Below, piece after piece: positions 52,504 to 62,132 of a DNA stretch of 64,000 nucleotides. Position 1 is the stretch's first letter. The number at the start of each line of letters is the position of its first letter. The stretch spans positions 192,001 through 256,000 of the forward strand of contig CAVZMH010000015.1 in NCBI GenBank assembly GCA_963776345.1, written 5' to 3'. This stretch comes from an uncultured delta proteobacterium. GTDB lineage: Bacteria; Myxococcota; Myxococcia; Myxococcales; Myxococcaceae. Below the pieces are notes generated by a model, which was not told where the DNA came from, did not search any database, and saw only the letters and a program-made list of their open reading frames with translations. The position numbers were made by a program, and so were the translations under genes.

Positions 52504-52995
52504 ATGGAGTTCGAGGAATGCCTGCAGCAGCACGGGCCCGCGCTCTGGCGAGTGGTGGCCAGCTACGCACCCAGCGGCCCCGAGCGGGACGACCTCGCCC
52601 AGGACGTTCTCCTCGCAGTCTGGCAGGCCCTCCCGCGGTTCCGGGGAGAGAGCTCCGCGAAGACCTTTCTGCTGCGCATCGCCCACAACCGCTGCCTTTC
52701 TCACGCCTGGCAGCGGGCCCGGCGACCCGCCGGCTCGAGCGCCGACCTGGTCCACCTTCCGGACTCACGGCCGGCGGTCGATGAACAGGTCGCCGCGCGG
52801 GAGCGCAGCGAGCGGTTCCTCTCCCATCTCCGCTCGCTTCCGCTGGGGCAGCGCCAGGTGCTCGCTCTCGCCCTGGAAGGTCTGTCCCACGCCGAGATCG
52901 CCGCGGTCGTCGGCATCACGCCGGAGAACGTCGCCGTCCGGCTCGGACGCGCTCGAGACGCGCTCCGCCGTTCCATGGATCTGGAGGCCGCATGA
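52504..52995 (+). CDS. ECF-type RNA polymerase sigma factor
   Basis: DDLAQDV, RFRGESSAKTFLLRIAHN, LEGLSHAEIA, NVAVRLGRAR. Confidence 0.93.
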   Translation: MEFEECLQQHGPALWRVVASYAPSGPERDDLAQDVLLAVWQALPRFRGESSAKTFLLRIAHNRCLSHAWQRARRPAGSSADLVHLPDSRPAVDEQVAARERSERFLSHLRSLPLGQRQVLALALEGLSHAEIAAVVGITPENVAVRLGRARDALRRSMDLEAA

Positions 52996-53555
52996 GTTGG
53001 GATTCCTGGCAGTCGACCTGGGCCGGGGCGTCCGGCCCTCTCCCCGACGTCCGCGCCCGCGCCGAGCGGGAGGCGCGGCGACACCGGAGGACCAACGTCA
53101 CCGTCCTCCTGCTCCTCGGGGCCGCCTCCCTCGCCGCGGTGCCGGCATTCGGCGCTCCCGAGGGACCGGTGCAGGTGATCGGGTGGGGCATCCTCGCGTT
53201 CTGCGTCGCGATGGGCATCGGGTTCGTCGTCATCCAGCGTGGCGTCGGGTCCTGGCGCATCGCCGGCCCACGCGACGCCCTCGGGTTCCTGGAGCGTCGG
53301 CTCGGCGCCGAGCTCCGCGTGGCCCACCTCTCCCGCTGGGTCTACCTCGGCCTCTGCCTGATCGGCGGCGTGGCCACGCAGGTCCTGTACGTCCAGCACG
53401 GGTCTCCCCTCTCCGTGCGCCTCATGACGCTGGCCTGCTTCCTCTTCGGGATCGCCCTGACCTTCACTGCGCCCTGGTGGTTCGGGCGGATCGCCCGCCG
53501 CCGGCAGGCCGAGATCGACCAGTGGCGACGCTGGATGGACGAGCAGAGCCTCTGA
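52992..53555 (+). CDS. Putative 4-TM anti-sigma factor
   Basis: ATGA overlap with the ECF gene, WQSTW N-terminus, four hydrophobic segments. Confidence 0.7.
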   Translation: MSWDSWQSTWAGASGPLPDVRARAEREARRHRRTNVTVLLLLGAASLAAVPAFGAPEGPVQVIGWGILAFCVAMGIGFVVIQRGVGSWRIAGPRDALGFLERRLGAELRVAHLSRWVYLGLCLIGGVATQVLYVQHGSPLSVRLMTLACFLFGIALTFTAPWWFGRIARRRQAEIDQWRRWMDEQSL

Positions 53556-53561
53556 CCTGCA

Positions 53562-54593
53562 TCACAGGTAACGCGCGGCGAAGAACTCGCGGAGGCGCGC
53601 GTCGCTCCGGAGCAGGTCGAGCGTGAGATCGGCGTGGCCCGGCACGTAGCCGTTGCCGATGAGCATGGTCAGGTCCTTCCCGACTCCCTCGGCTCCGAGC
53701 GCGGCGGCGGTGAAGGACGTGGCCATCGAGAAGAAGATGGCTGTCCCGCCGTCTCGCGTGGAGAGCACCGTCGCCATCTCCGTCCCCGGCACGGAGGCGC
53801 AGTTGATGACCAGGTCGCACAGCGCGCCACCCGTGGCCTGCCGGACCGCCTCGAGCACGTCCACCGCGCGCGTCGCGTCCACCCGCAGGCCGACGTCGGA
53901 GACGCCCAGCTCGGCGAGCGCGGCGAGCGCCTTCTCGGAGATGTCGAGGGCCAGCAGCTGGCCCTTGCCCCCGGTGCTCCGGCGCGCCTGCGCCAGGCAC
54001 AGCACCCCGCTCTTTCCAGACCCGAGCACCGCGATGCGCATCCCCGGACGGGCGTAGCGGGCCACCAGCGCCGGGGCGCCACAGACGTCGAGCGCGGCGA
54101 GGACCAGCGTCTCCGGCATGTCGTCCGGCACCCGGGCCCAGATGCCACTGGCGAAGAGGATGGCGTGGCCGCGCACGTCCACTCGGTCCACCTCCATCCG
54201 GACCGCGCGCACCTCGTCGATGACCAGCGGGGTCAGCGACAGGCTCACCAGGGTCGCGATCCGCTCGCCGGGCCGGAGGCGCCCGTGCGCGGGGTGCTCG
54301 GGGCCGATCTCGCGGACGCGCCCGAGGAGCATGCCGCCCGAGCCGGTGACCGGGTTCTGCATCTTCCCCCGGGCCCGCACGATCTCCTGGATGCGGGCGA
54401 TGACCGCCTCGGGCTCGCCGCCACACGACTCGCGGATCTGCTTGAAGGAGGCGGCGTCGACGTTGAGGCTCTCCACGTCGATCAGCATCTCGGAGGGGCG
54501 CATCGGCAGCGACGGATCGAGCCGGCCGGCACGCTGAGGCAGCACGCCCGGCTCGCCGACCACCCGGCCCAGCCCGTAGGGATCGCTGGTCAC
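53562..54593 (-). CDS. kdd: L-erythro-3,5-diaminohexanoate dehydrogenase
   Basis: LNVDAASF, RGKMQNPVTGSGGML, SLSLTPL, LDVCGAPA, FSMATSF, GNGY. Confidence 0.93.
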   Translation of the reverse strand: MTSDPYGLGRVVGEPGVLPQRAGRLDPSLPMRPSEMLIDVESLNVDAASFKQIRESCGGEPEAVIARIQEIVRARGKMQNPVTGSGGMLLGRVREIGPEHPAHGRLRPGERIATLVSLSLTPLVIDEVRAVRMEVDRVDVRGHAILFASGIWARVPDDMPETLVLAALDVCGAPALVARYARPGMRIAVLGSGKSGVLCLAQARRSTGGKGQLLALDISEKALAALAELGVSDVGLRVDATRAVDVLEAVRQATGGALCDLVINCASVPGTEMATVLSTRDGGTAIFFSMATSFTAAALGAEGVGKDLTMLIGNGYVPGHADLTLDLLRSDARLREFFAARYL

Positions 54594-54627
54594 GGCGGCG
54601 CACGCTCGCACGAGCCGACCTGTGCCG

Positions 54628-55641
54628 TCACCCCTGCTGGCGCTCGAGCCGCGGGGCGAGGAAGGCCAGGGACCGGTCGAACCGGTACGTCGTCCCCATG
54701 TGCCCGTCCTCGTACTCCTCGTGGACCACCGTGGCCCGGCCGCCCTGGACGAGCCGGGCGAGCATCCGCGCGCCCCAGCGCAGACCGAACTCGTCCCGGG
54801 TTCCGCAGTCGATGAAGATGGTCTGGAGCGTGCGGAACGACTCCGGGTCGCGCTCGACGAACCGGACCGGGTCCTCCGCCAGCCACGTCGCCCACACCGG
54901 CTCGTCGATGCGGGCGGTCGCCAGGTCGAACGGGAGCGCCACCCCGAGCGGCTGGGACGGGTCGGGCGAGTACGCGGCCGCCATGGAGAGCAGGTTCAGG
55001 ACCGCGTGGTCGTCGCCGCCCATCTTGGTCTCGCGGACCCGCCGCTCGAAGCTGGCCCACCACGCGCCCACGCCGCCCGCACGCGCCAGGGCCGACGCCA
55101 CCTTGGGGAAATCGGGGAGGTAGCAGTACTCGAAGTAGGCGTCGGCGGAGTGCGACGCCATGTGGCCGAACACGCCCGGGAACCGCCGCATGAGCTGCCA
55201 CGAGCCGTATCCGCCCGAGCTCCGGCCTGCGACCGCTCGCGCGCCGGGAGACCTCAGCGTCGAGTACGTCCGGTCGACGTGACCGAGCACGTCGTGGACG
55301 ATCATCTGCCCGTAGGCGCCGTTCCCGGGTGAGTCGATCCACTGGCTCCCCCCGAGGCCGGTCAGCCCGTCAGGGAACACGGTGAGGAACGGCGGCGCCC
55401 CGGAGGCGAACAGCGCGTCCAGCCGGTCGACGATGCCGGGGCTGAACGGCGAGGTGTTGAACCACCCCGGGACCGAGCCCATGAATGCGTGGAGGAGCAC
55501 CACCACCGGGTAGCGCGCGGCGCCGGATTCGTAGCCCTCGGGCAGGTACACCGCGCACGGCCGGTCCACGGGGTCCCCGCGCGGGTTCCCGGCGAGGGCG
55601 GCACAGTGCATCGTCCGGATGTCGAGGTGACCGCGAGGCAC
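54628..55641 (-). CDS. Alpha/beta-hydrolase esterase (enterochelin-esterase-like)
   Basis: VYLPEGY, GRSSGG nucleophile elbow, DCGTRDE, DGH. Confidence 0.88.
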   Translation of the reverse strand: MPRGHLDIRTMHCAALAGNPRGDPVDRPCAVYLPEGYESGAARYPVVVLLHAFMGSVPGWFNTSPFSPGIVDRLDALFASGAPPFLTVFPDGLTGLGGSQWIDSPGNGAYGQMIVHDVLGHVDRTYSTLRSPGARAVAGRSSGGYGSWQLMRRFPGVFGHMASHSADAYFEYCYLPDFPKVASALARAGGVGAWWASFERRVRETKMGGDDHAVLNLLSMAAAYSPDPSQPLGVALPFDLATARIDEPVWATWLAEDPVRFVERDPESFRTLQTIFIDCGTRDEFGLRWGARMLARLVQGGRATVVHEEYEDGHMGTTYRFDRSLAFLAPRLERQQG

Positions 55642-55658
55642 GGCTGCAGAGTCTGCCC

Positions 55659-56453
55659 TCAGGCCCCCGGCCTCGGGAAGCGGGCCATGACGGCCTGGAG
55701 GTCGGTCCAGGCGGCCTTCTTCTCTCCGGGGCTCCGCAACAGATAGGCCGGGTGGAAGGTCGGCATCAGCGGGATGCCCACGTACTCGCGCCACTGGCCT
55801 CGGAGGCGGGTGATGGGCGTGTCCGTCCGGAGCAGGGTCTGGGCGGCGAACTTGCCCAGGGTCACAATGACGGAGGGGCGGATCGCGTTCAGCTGCGCCT
55901 CGAGGAACGGCTGGCAGGACTCGATCTCGTCCGGCTCCGGGTTGCGGTTCCCGGGCGGCCGGCACTTCACCACGTTGCAGATGTAGACCTCGTCCCGGGT
56001 GTAGCCCATCGCGGCGATCATCTTGGTGAGCAGCTGACCGGCAGCGCCGACGAAGGGAATGCCCTGGTTGTCCTCCTCGGCGCCCGGGCCCTCGCCGACG
56101 AAGACCAGCTTCGCCCTGGGGTGGCCCACCCCGAAGACCAGGTTCTTCCGGCCGGAGCACAGCTTGCAGCGCTTGCACTCACCGAGCGCACGGCGGACCT
56201 CGTCGAGCTTCGGCGCCTCGTCCGGGACGGTCGCCTCGCCGGGGACCTCGGCATACTCCACGACCACCGGCGGCGTGCTGGAGCCCTCGACCGTGACCTG
56301 GACGGAGACCGCGGCGGAGAGCGCTCCGGGGGCTCCGTCCGTCGCCGCGTGCAGCTCGTCCCCGGCCACGTCCCGATGCCAGCCCAGGTAGCGGCGCACG
56401 TCCGCCAGGACCAGCGCCAGCGAATCCGCTGTCGGAAGCACCTCGTCCGCCAC
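55659..56453 (-). CDS. Family 4 uracil-DNA glycosylase ([4Fe-4S])
   Basis: [32 protein letters not shown]. Confidence 0.94.
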   Translation of the reverse strand: MADEVLPTADSLALVLADVRRYLGWHRDVAGDELHAATDGAPGALSAAVSVQVTVEGSSTPPVVVEYAEVPGEATVPDEAPKLDEVRRALGECKRCKLCSGRKNLVFGVGHPRAKLVFVGEGPGAEEDNQGIPFVGAAGQLLTKMIAAMGYTRDEVYICNVVKCRPPGNRNPEPDEIESCQPFLEAQLNAIRPSVIVTLGKFAAQTLLRTDTPITRLRGQWREYVGIPLMPTFHPAYLLRSPGEKKAAWTDLQAVMARFPRPGA

Positions 56454-56669
56454 GCTTTGACGTCCCTCCCCTGCAGTTCGCTGCGACCCGGGGAATCTCC
56501 CATCCGGATCCGACGCTTCGAGAAGGCCTTCGCGAGGACCGAGGTCGGCCTCGAGGGGACGCGGCGCGGGACAAGCGGCCGCCGCCGGAGCTCGATGACC
56601 GGCCTGCGCAACCCCGATCGCTCGGACCGCGCGGGACCGGAGGCCGAGGGCTCGCCCCGGGGCGCGCCG

Positions 56670-56801
56670 CTCCAGCGCTCGAGATGCTATAGCATCCTCG
56701 CCTACTGAGAGTGCGGATCGGCCCTGCGTAAGCTCTTGATGTCAGGTAACGACTTCACGGTCCGTAGGTCTCTGAATGCTATAGCATCTTGAGCGCTGGA
56801 G
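56670..56801. repeat. 132-bp element with 26-bp inverted repeats, each containing an ATGCTATAGCAT palindrome, and a central IHF-like site
   Basis: CTCCAGCGCTCGAGATGCTATAGCAT (56670-56695) vs ATGCTATAGCATCTTGAGCGCTGGAG (56776-56801), one mismatch; TAAGCTCTTGAT at 56729-56740. Confidence 0.85.
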
Positions 56802-56834
56802 GGAGCGGGACCCGCGCCGAGACTCGCCAGCGTC

Positions 56835-58076
56835 TCAGGAGGTCGCGAGCGCGGCGGTCGAGCGCAGCGCGGCGATCCGGTCCCAGAGCCCGGCGGCCAC
56901 CGCGTCCTTCGTGCCAGAGAGCTCGAGCCGACCACCCGCGCGGTCGACGATCACCACTGCGTTGGTGTCCACGCCGAATCCGGCATCGGACCGCGTGACG
57001 TCGTTGGCGACGATGAGGTCCAGGCCCTTGCGGAGCAGCTTCGCGGTCGCGTTCTCCACCACGTTCTCCGTCTCCGCCGCGAATCCGACGAGCAGAGGCC
57101 GGCGGACGAGCCCCCGGACCCGCTCGGCTGCGAGGGCCAGCACGTCCGGGGTCCGGAGCAGCGCGAGCGGAGCGTCGGCTCCGGGTTCGCCCTTCTTGAG
57201 CTTCTGCTCCGCCCGCTGCGCCGGCCGCCAGTCGCTGACCGCGGCCGTCGCCACCAGCACGTCCGTCTGCTCGAGGCGCGACAGCACCGCATCGCGCATG
57301 TCCTCGGCGCTGACCACGTCCACCACCTCGAGCCCTGCGCGATCGACGGGACCCACCGGACCGAGCACCACCGTCACCTGCGCTCCCCGCGCCCGCGCCA
57401 CCCGCGCCACCGCGAGCCCCATCTTCCCGGTGCTCGGGTTGCTGAGGAAGCGCACCGGGTCCAGGAACTCGCGCGTCGGCCCGGCGGTGACCAGCACCCG
57501 CGTCCCGGCCAGCGGACCCGCGCCGAGCAGCTCCGCCGCGGCGTCGACGATCTGCTCCGGCTCGCTGAGCCGCCCCGACCCGACCTCTCCGCAGGCCAGG
57601 AGCCCCGACCCGGGTCCCACGAACCGGTACCGCGCGTCCTTCGCCAGCGTGGCGAGGTTGCGCTGCGTGGCCTCGTTCTCCCACATCGCGGTGTTCATCG
57701 CGGGAGCGAGGAGGACCGTCCCGCGGTACGCGAGCAAGGTCGCGGCGAGCGCGTCGTTCCCCATCCCGGCCACGATGCGGGCCAGGAGATCCGCCGTCGC
57801 CGGCGCGACGACGAACAGCTCCGACCACCGGGCGAACTCGATGTGCCCGAACGCCGCCTCCTGCGACGGGTCGAGGATGTTGGTGAGGACGGGATGCCCG
57901 CTCAGCGCCTGGAAGGTCAGCGGCCCCACGAACTCCGTCGCGGCGGGCGTCATCGCCACCCGCACCTGCGCGCCCGAGCGCTGGAGCGCGCGCACCAGCT
58001 CGGCGGCCTTGTAGGCCGCGATCCCGCCACCGACGCCGAGTCCGATGCGCCGGCCCTGGAGAACGCTCCGGTCCAT
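56835..58076 (-). CDS. coaBC: Phosphopantothenoylcysteine decarboxylase/synthetase
   Basis: GGIAAYK, APAMNTAM, LACGEVG, TAGPTRE.LDPVRFLSN.STGKMG, VGFAAET. Confidence 0.97.
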   Translation of the reverse strand: MDRSVLQGRRIGLGVGGGIAAYKAAELVRALQRSGAQVRVAMTPAATEFVGPLTFQALSGHPVLTNILDPSQEAAFGHIEFARWSELFVVAPATADLLARIVAGMGNDALAATLLAYRGTVLLAPAMNTAMWENEATQRNLATLAKDARYRFVGPGSGLLACGEVGSGRLSEPEQIVDAAAELLGAGPLAGTRVLVTAGPTREFLDPVRFLSNPSTGKMGLAVARVARARGAQVTVVLGPVGPVDRAGLEVVDVVSAEDMRDAVLSRLEQTDVLVATAAVSDWRPAQRAEQKLKKGEPGADAPLALLRTPDVLALAAERVRGLVRRPLLVGFAAETENVVENATAKLLRKGLDLIVANDVTRSDAGFGVDTNAVVIVDRAGGRLELSGTKDAVAAGLWDRIAALRSTAALATS

Positions 58077-58121
58077 TCCCTGGTCAGGAAGGCTTAGCCC
58101 CGGCCCCCTGCCCCGGCAACT

Positions 58122-60020
58122 TCACAGCGAGAGCCGAGTCGGCCCCGACACCTGGACGGTCCGCACGACCGGCGTTCCCTGGCGCAGCCCCACCACCGTC
58201 CACGTCCCGGGGCTCAGCCCGTCGAACCGCGCCGAGCGCTCCACGCCGAACACGAGCTGGCCCTCCCCGCGGGGCCCGGGGCGCTCGCCCGGGAGCGGCG
58301 CTGCGACCGCTCCCTTCTCCACCCAGAGCGCTTCCAGGGGCCCATCCACCTCCACCTCGAGGCTCGCCGAGCCGGCGCCGCCGCCCAGCACCAGCTCGGG
58401 CGCGGGCAGCCGCACGAACCACACCCGGCCCGGCTGCGCGTCGGTGGACGCACGGTAGTCACCGACGAGCGCCGTCCCGCCGGCGGTCCCGTCCGGCCCG
58501 GTGCTCCAGGAATAGGTCCGCACGCCGGCGAGCTGCACCGTCCGCCCCCGGGCGGGCGCGCCGTCGGGGCCGAACACCCGCAGCCGCACCGGCTGCTCGC
58601 CGCCGAGCACGATCTCCACCGGCGCTCCGAGCGGCCCCTCGACGCTCCCGGCCAGGTCTCCCCGTGCGGCGTGGACGAAGAGCGACGTCCCCGCGGGCGG
58701 CGGCTCGCTGATCGGCAGGTCGAAGGCGCCCGAGGCGTCGGACCGGGTCGTGTCGGGGCCGGAGCCCACCTCGGCGTTGGCCACAGCCGCCCCCGAGGCC
58801 AGCGTCACCCGTCCCTGGAGCCGCGGGGCCGGCTGCAGCGGGAGGTCGCCGAGCTCGGACACCGTCGCGCCGGCGCGGACCGTCCGGGTGAGCATGCCCG
58901 CCGCGCCCACCCGGAGCTCCACCTGCCCGTCCCGGGGCTCGAGCGGCATCGCGAAGCGCCCGTCCTCCGTCGTGAACGACCGGGCGTCCACGGAGAACGC
59001 GCGGACGGGCGCACCCGAGGGGCCCACCACGCGGCCACGGAAGACCGGGCGGTCACGCAGCACCAGCCGCACCGCGGACTCGCCTGGCCGGGCGGTGACC
59101 GGCACGTCGACCACGAGGTCCGGGGTGCGCGCGGTCAGCCGGTAGTCATGCCCCGGGCGGAGCCCCTTCAGGACGAAGCTCCCGTCGTCACCGCTCCGCG
59201 CAGGAACGCCCTCGGCCTCCTCGACGCCGACGAACGCCCCGGGCACCGGAGCGCCGGAGCGGTTGACCACGGTTCCGCGGACCACGCCCACCGCCGGGAG
59301 CGGCAAGGTGACCCGGGCGACGGTCCCCTCGCGCCCCTCGACCGGCAGGGCACCGCGGGCGCCGGTCTCCGGGAGCAGCGCCTCCACCTCGAGCGGCCCC
59401 CCAGGCAGCCCGAGGAAGCGCAGCGTGCCGCTGGCGTCGGTGGTCCGGTCGGCGTGGAACAGCGTGCCCTCCCCGCTCCGCTGCCGGACGGTGACCTCCG
59501 CCCCGGGAACCGGCCGCCCCTCGGAGAGGACCTGGAGCTCGAGCCCGGCGCGCGGCTCGAGCCGGAGCTCCACGTCGGGAGCGGGGGCGCGAACCTCCGT
59601 GCCGGCGAAGCCCAGGTCCGAGTGATGAGCCTCGAGGCGGACCGCCGCGCCCTCCTCGACCTCCAGCCGGAACCGTCCGTCGTCGCCCGTCCTGGCCTCC
59701 AGCCCGCGGGAGGCGACGACCACGGTCACCCCCGGCGCCGGCCGTCGGTCCCCTGCCAGCACCCGGCCGGCGACCGCACCCAGGCGCGCGCCGGGGCGTG
59801 GGGATGGGGGCGAGTCTCCGGGACCACGCGCGAGAGGGGGCGGAGCAGGCGTCCCACCGCTGCCGCCCGCGAGCGGTTCCGGAGTCCCCGGAGCGGGGGC
59901 GTGCTGGCGGGTGCGCAGCTCCCAGAGGCCGATGGCGAGCAGCACCACCGCCGCGGCCACCCAGGGCCAGAGGCGGCGCCTTCGGAACGTCGGCCGGACG
60001 TCGAGCGAGCGCGGACCCAC
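58122..60020 (-). CDS. Membrane-anchored protein with carboxypeptidase-regulatory-like repeats
   Basis: N-terminal TM anchor; repeated GRV...G.PV.GA.V...TD..G.F units. Confidence 0.82.
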   Translation of the reverse strand: MGPRSLDVRPTFRRRRLWPWVAAAVVLLAIGLWELRTRQHAPAPGTPEPLAGGSGGTPAPPPLARGPGDSPPSPRPGARLGAVAGRVLAGDRRPAPGVTVVVASRGLEARTGDDGRFRLEVEEGAAVRLEAHHSDLGFAGTEVRAPAPDVELRLEPRAGLELQVLSEGRPVPGAEVTVRQRSGEGTLFHADRTTDASGTLRFLGLPGGPLEVEALLPETGARGALPVEGREGTVARVTLPLPAVGVVRGTVVNRSGAPVPGAFVGVEEAEGVPARSGDDGSFVLKGLRPGHDYRLTARTPDLVVDVPVTARPGESAVRLVLRDRPVFRGRVVGPSGAPVRAFSVDARSFTTEDGRFAMPLEPRDGQVELRVGAAGMLTRTVRAGATVSELGDLPLQPAPRLQGRVTLASGAAVANAEVGSGPDTTRSDASGAFDLPISEPPPAGTSLFVHAARGDLAGSVEGPLGAPVEIVLGGEQPVRLRVFGPDGAPARGRTVQLAGVRTYSWSTGPDGTAGGTALVGDYRASTDAQPGRVWFVRLPAPELVLGGGAGSASLEVEVDGPLEALWVEKGAVAAPLPGERPGPRGEGQLVFGVERSARFDGLSPGTWTVVGLRQGTPVVRTVQVSGPTRLSL

Positions 60021-60027
60021 GCCCCGG

Positions 60028-61299
60028 TCACTCCTCGGCGAAGGGCTGCACCGCCTGCGCCGCGGCGAGCTCCTGCCGGACCTCGGACAGCTCGTTGTTC
60101 GTCGCCCGGAGCCGGTCGGAGAGCACCTGGACGAAGGCCCAGAGGAGCTTCACCGCGAGGATCGGCTCGCGCTTCATCAGCTGCATCAGCTCGGCGCGCG
60201 CGATGACCATCGCCCGGGTCGGCTCGAGCGCCCGCACCGTCGCGCTCCGGGGCGCGTGGTCCACCAGCCCCATCTCGCCGAAGTGGCCGCCGGCGCGCAG
60301 CTCGGCCACGCTGACCCCGCCGGTCTCCACCCGCACCCGCCCCTTCACCACGATGAACAGCTCGTCGCCGGCGTGTCCCTCGGTGATGATCTCGGTGTCG
60401 GTCGGAAAGCTGCGCGTCGAGGCGATGGAGAGAACCGCCGTCTGCTCCTTGTAGGTGAAGTGACGGAAGATGGGGATGCTCTTCAGCACCTCCATCCGGC
60501 TGCTGGTCTCCTCGAGCTCCTCGATCGGCGCGCCGGCATCGGCGATGCCCACCACCACCGCGGTGACGTTGTCCTTGCCTCCGCGCTCGTTGGCCAGCGC
60601 GATCAGCTTCGCGGGCAGCTCGGCCAGCGGGACGGAGTCGACGACCGCCGGCAGCTCCTCGTCCGGGACGTAACCGTGGAGCCCGTCGGAGCAGAGCAGG
60701 AAGAGGTCCTTCGGCAGGAGGTCCACCATCAGGGTGTCCACCTGGACCGACTCCTGGATGCCCACCGCGCGGGTGATGACGTTCCGGAGCTGCGAGGCCT
60801 GCGCCTGCTCGCGGGTGAGCGTGCCGGCCTTGAGCTGGGCGGCGATGAGGGTGTGGTCCTCGGTCAGCCGGTGGGCCTGGCCTCCGCGGAGCAGGTACAC
60901 CCGGCTGTCTCCCACGTGCCCCACGATGGCCTTGGTCCCGGCGAGCACCAGGCACACCACGGTGGTGCCCATGCCGCGCTTGCTCGGATCGCTGGCCGCG
61001 AGTCGGTACACCTCTGCGCAGGCGCGCTGGATGGCGGTCTCGACCAGGGCCGCCGCCGCGGCGCGAGCCTCGGAGGTGCTGGCCTTGCCCAGGTCCTCGA
61101 GCACCTGACGACCGGTGCTGAGCTGCTGGCGGACGACCTCCACCGCGCGCTGGCTGGCCACCTCGCCGGCGGCGTGGCCGCCCATCCCGTCGGCGACCAC
61201 GAAGAGGCCGAGTTCGGGGTCGACCGCGTAGGCGTCCTCGTTGTGTTGCCGCTTCCGCCCGACGTCGGTCAGGCCGTACGCCTCGGCGGTCAGGGCCAC
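60028..61299 (-). CDS. PP2C-family Ser/Thr phosphatase with C-terminal cyclic-nucleotide-binding domain
   Basis: TDVGRKRQHNED, VADGMGGH, HVGDSR, LCSDGL, GGKDN; cNMP motif FGEMGLVDHAPRSATV. Confidence 0.93.
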   Translation of the reverse strand: MALTAEAYGLTDVGRKRQHNEDAYAVDPELGLFVVADGMGGHAAGEVASQRAVEVVRQQLSTGRQVLEDLGKASTSEARAAAAALVETAIQRACAEVYRLAASDPSKRGMGTTVVCLVLAGTKAIVGHVGDSRVYLLRGGQAHRLTEDHTLIAAQLKAGTLTREQAQASQLRNVITRAVGIQESVQVDTLMVDLLPKDLFLLCSDGLHGYVPDEELPAVVDSVPLAELPAKLIALANERGGKDNVTAVVVGIADAGAPIEELEETSSRMEVLKSIPIFRHFTYKEQTAVLSIASTRSFPTDTEIITEGHAGDELFIVVKGRVRVETGGVSVAELRAGGHFGEMGLVDHAPRSATVRALEPTRAMVIARAELMQLMKREPILAVKLLWAFVQVLSDRLRATNNELSEVRQELAAAQAVQPFAEE

Positions 61300-61365
61300 T
61301 GGAGCGCTCCGCTCATCGCTCGAACCAAAGGCTGTGGCCGAGGTTAACAAGAACGCCCGGTCCGG

Positions 61366-61974
61366 CTAGCGCCAGTTGAGGAAGATGCCGCTCGAGAAGC
61401 CGCCGATGTCATTGGGGGAGTACCGCCGCGGGTCGTTGTTCCACGACTGGAGGACCCCGATGGTGACGCCCACCACGACCCGGCCGAAGCGGTAGCCGCC
61501 CTCGAGCCGTCCCTCGACGGTGCCGGTGGTGGCGGTGTCCTCGTGGACCGGGTCGCCGTTCACCACGTAGTTGCCGCCGTAGAGCGTGACCCCGGCGGTG
61601 ATTCGCCCGCCCACGTGCCAGCCCTGGGCCCAGTCACCCTCGTACGCGGCCCCGGCGTGGATGTGCCACTGGTGCAGCTCGGTCATCGGCGGGTCGGCGT
61701 TCTCGTTGGTGACGCTGCGCTTCACCGCCGCCCAGCCGCCACCGCCCTCGACGATGAAGTTGAGGCTGTCGATCCGCTGCTGGACGATCGGGATGTGCCA
61801 GGCGATGCGGAGCTCCGGGGTGATGTTGCCGTTCTCGAAGAAGGTCAGGACGGCGACCTCCCGGGGCACCCACACCGGGGTCAAGGAAGGCGGCTTCTCG
61901 GCTACCCGCTGGGCGAAGGCGGGGAGCCCGAGGAGGACGGCTGCCAGGAGGACGAGCGGGGTCAGGCGGCGCAT
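61366..61974 (-). CDS. Putative outer-membrane beta-barrel protein
   Basis: Signal peptide ending AFA, amphipathic strands, C-terminal GIFLNWR. Confidence 0.65.
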   Translation of the reverse strand: MRRLTPLVLLAAVLLGLPAFAQRVAEKPPSLTPVWVPREVAVLTFFENGNITPELRIAWHIPIVQQRIDSLNFIVEGGGGWAAVKRSVTNENADPPMTELHQWHIHAGAAYEGDWAQGWHVGGRITAGVTLYGGNYVVNGDPVHEDTATTGTVEGRLEGGYRFGRVVVGVTIGVLQSWNNDPRRYSPNDIGGFSSGIFLNWR

Positions 61975-62132
61975 AAGTAGGCTGTCGGCTTGGCAGTTTT
62001 CCAAGGACATTGTCAACGGTCAGTGGCGTCGATTAGAGACCCGAGGTCGTGGTCGGCACATACCCCACGATGCCGGTGCGACCCACCCCGTTCGGGGACG
62101 CAGGGCGCCGGCGCGAGGAGTCTCACCAGGAC

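Noticed and set aside
56454..56669. ORF in the udg upstream region ([12 protein letters not shown]...)
   Set aside because: Arg/Pro-rich, weak start, and runs out of frame into udg.
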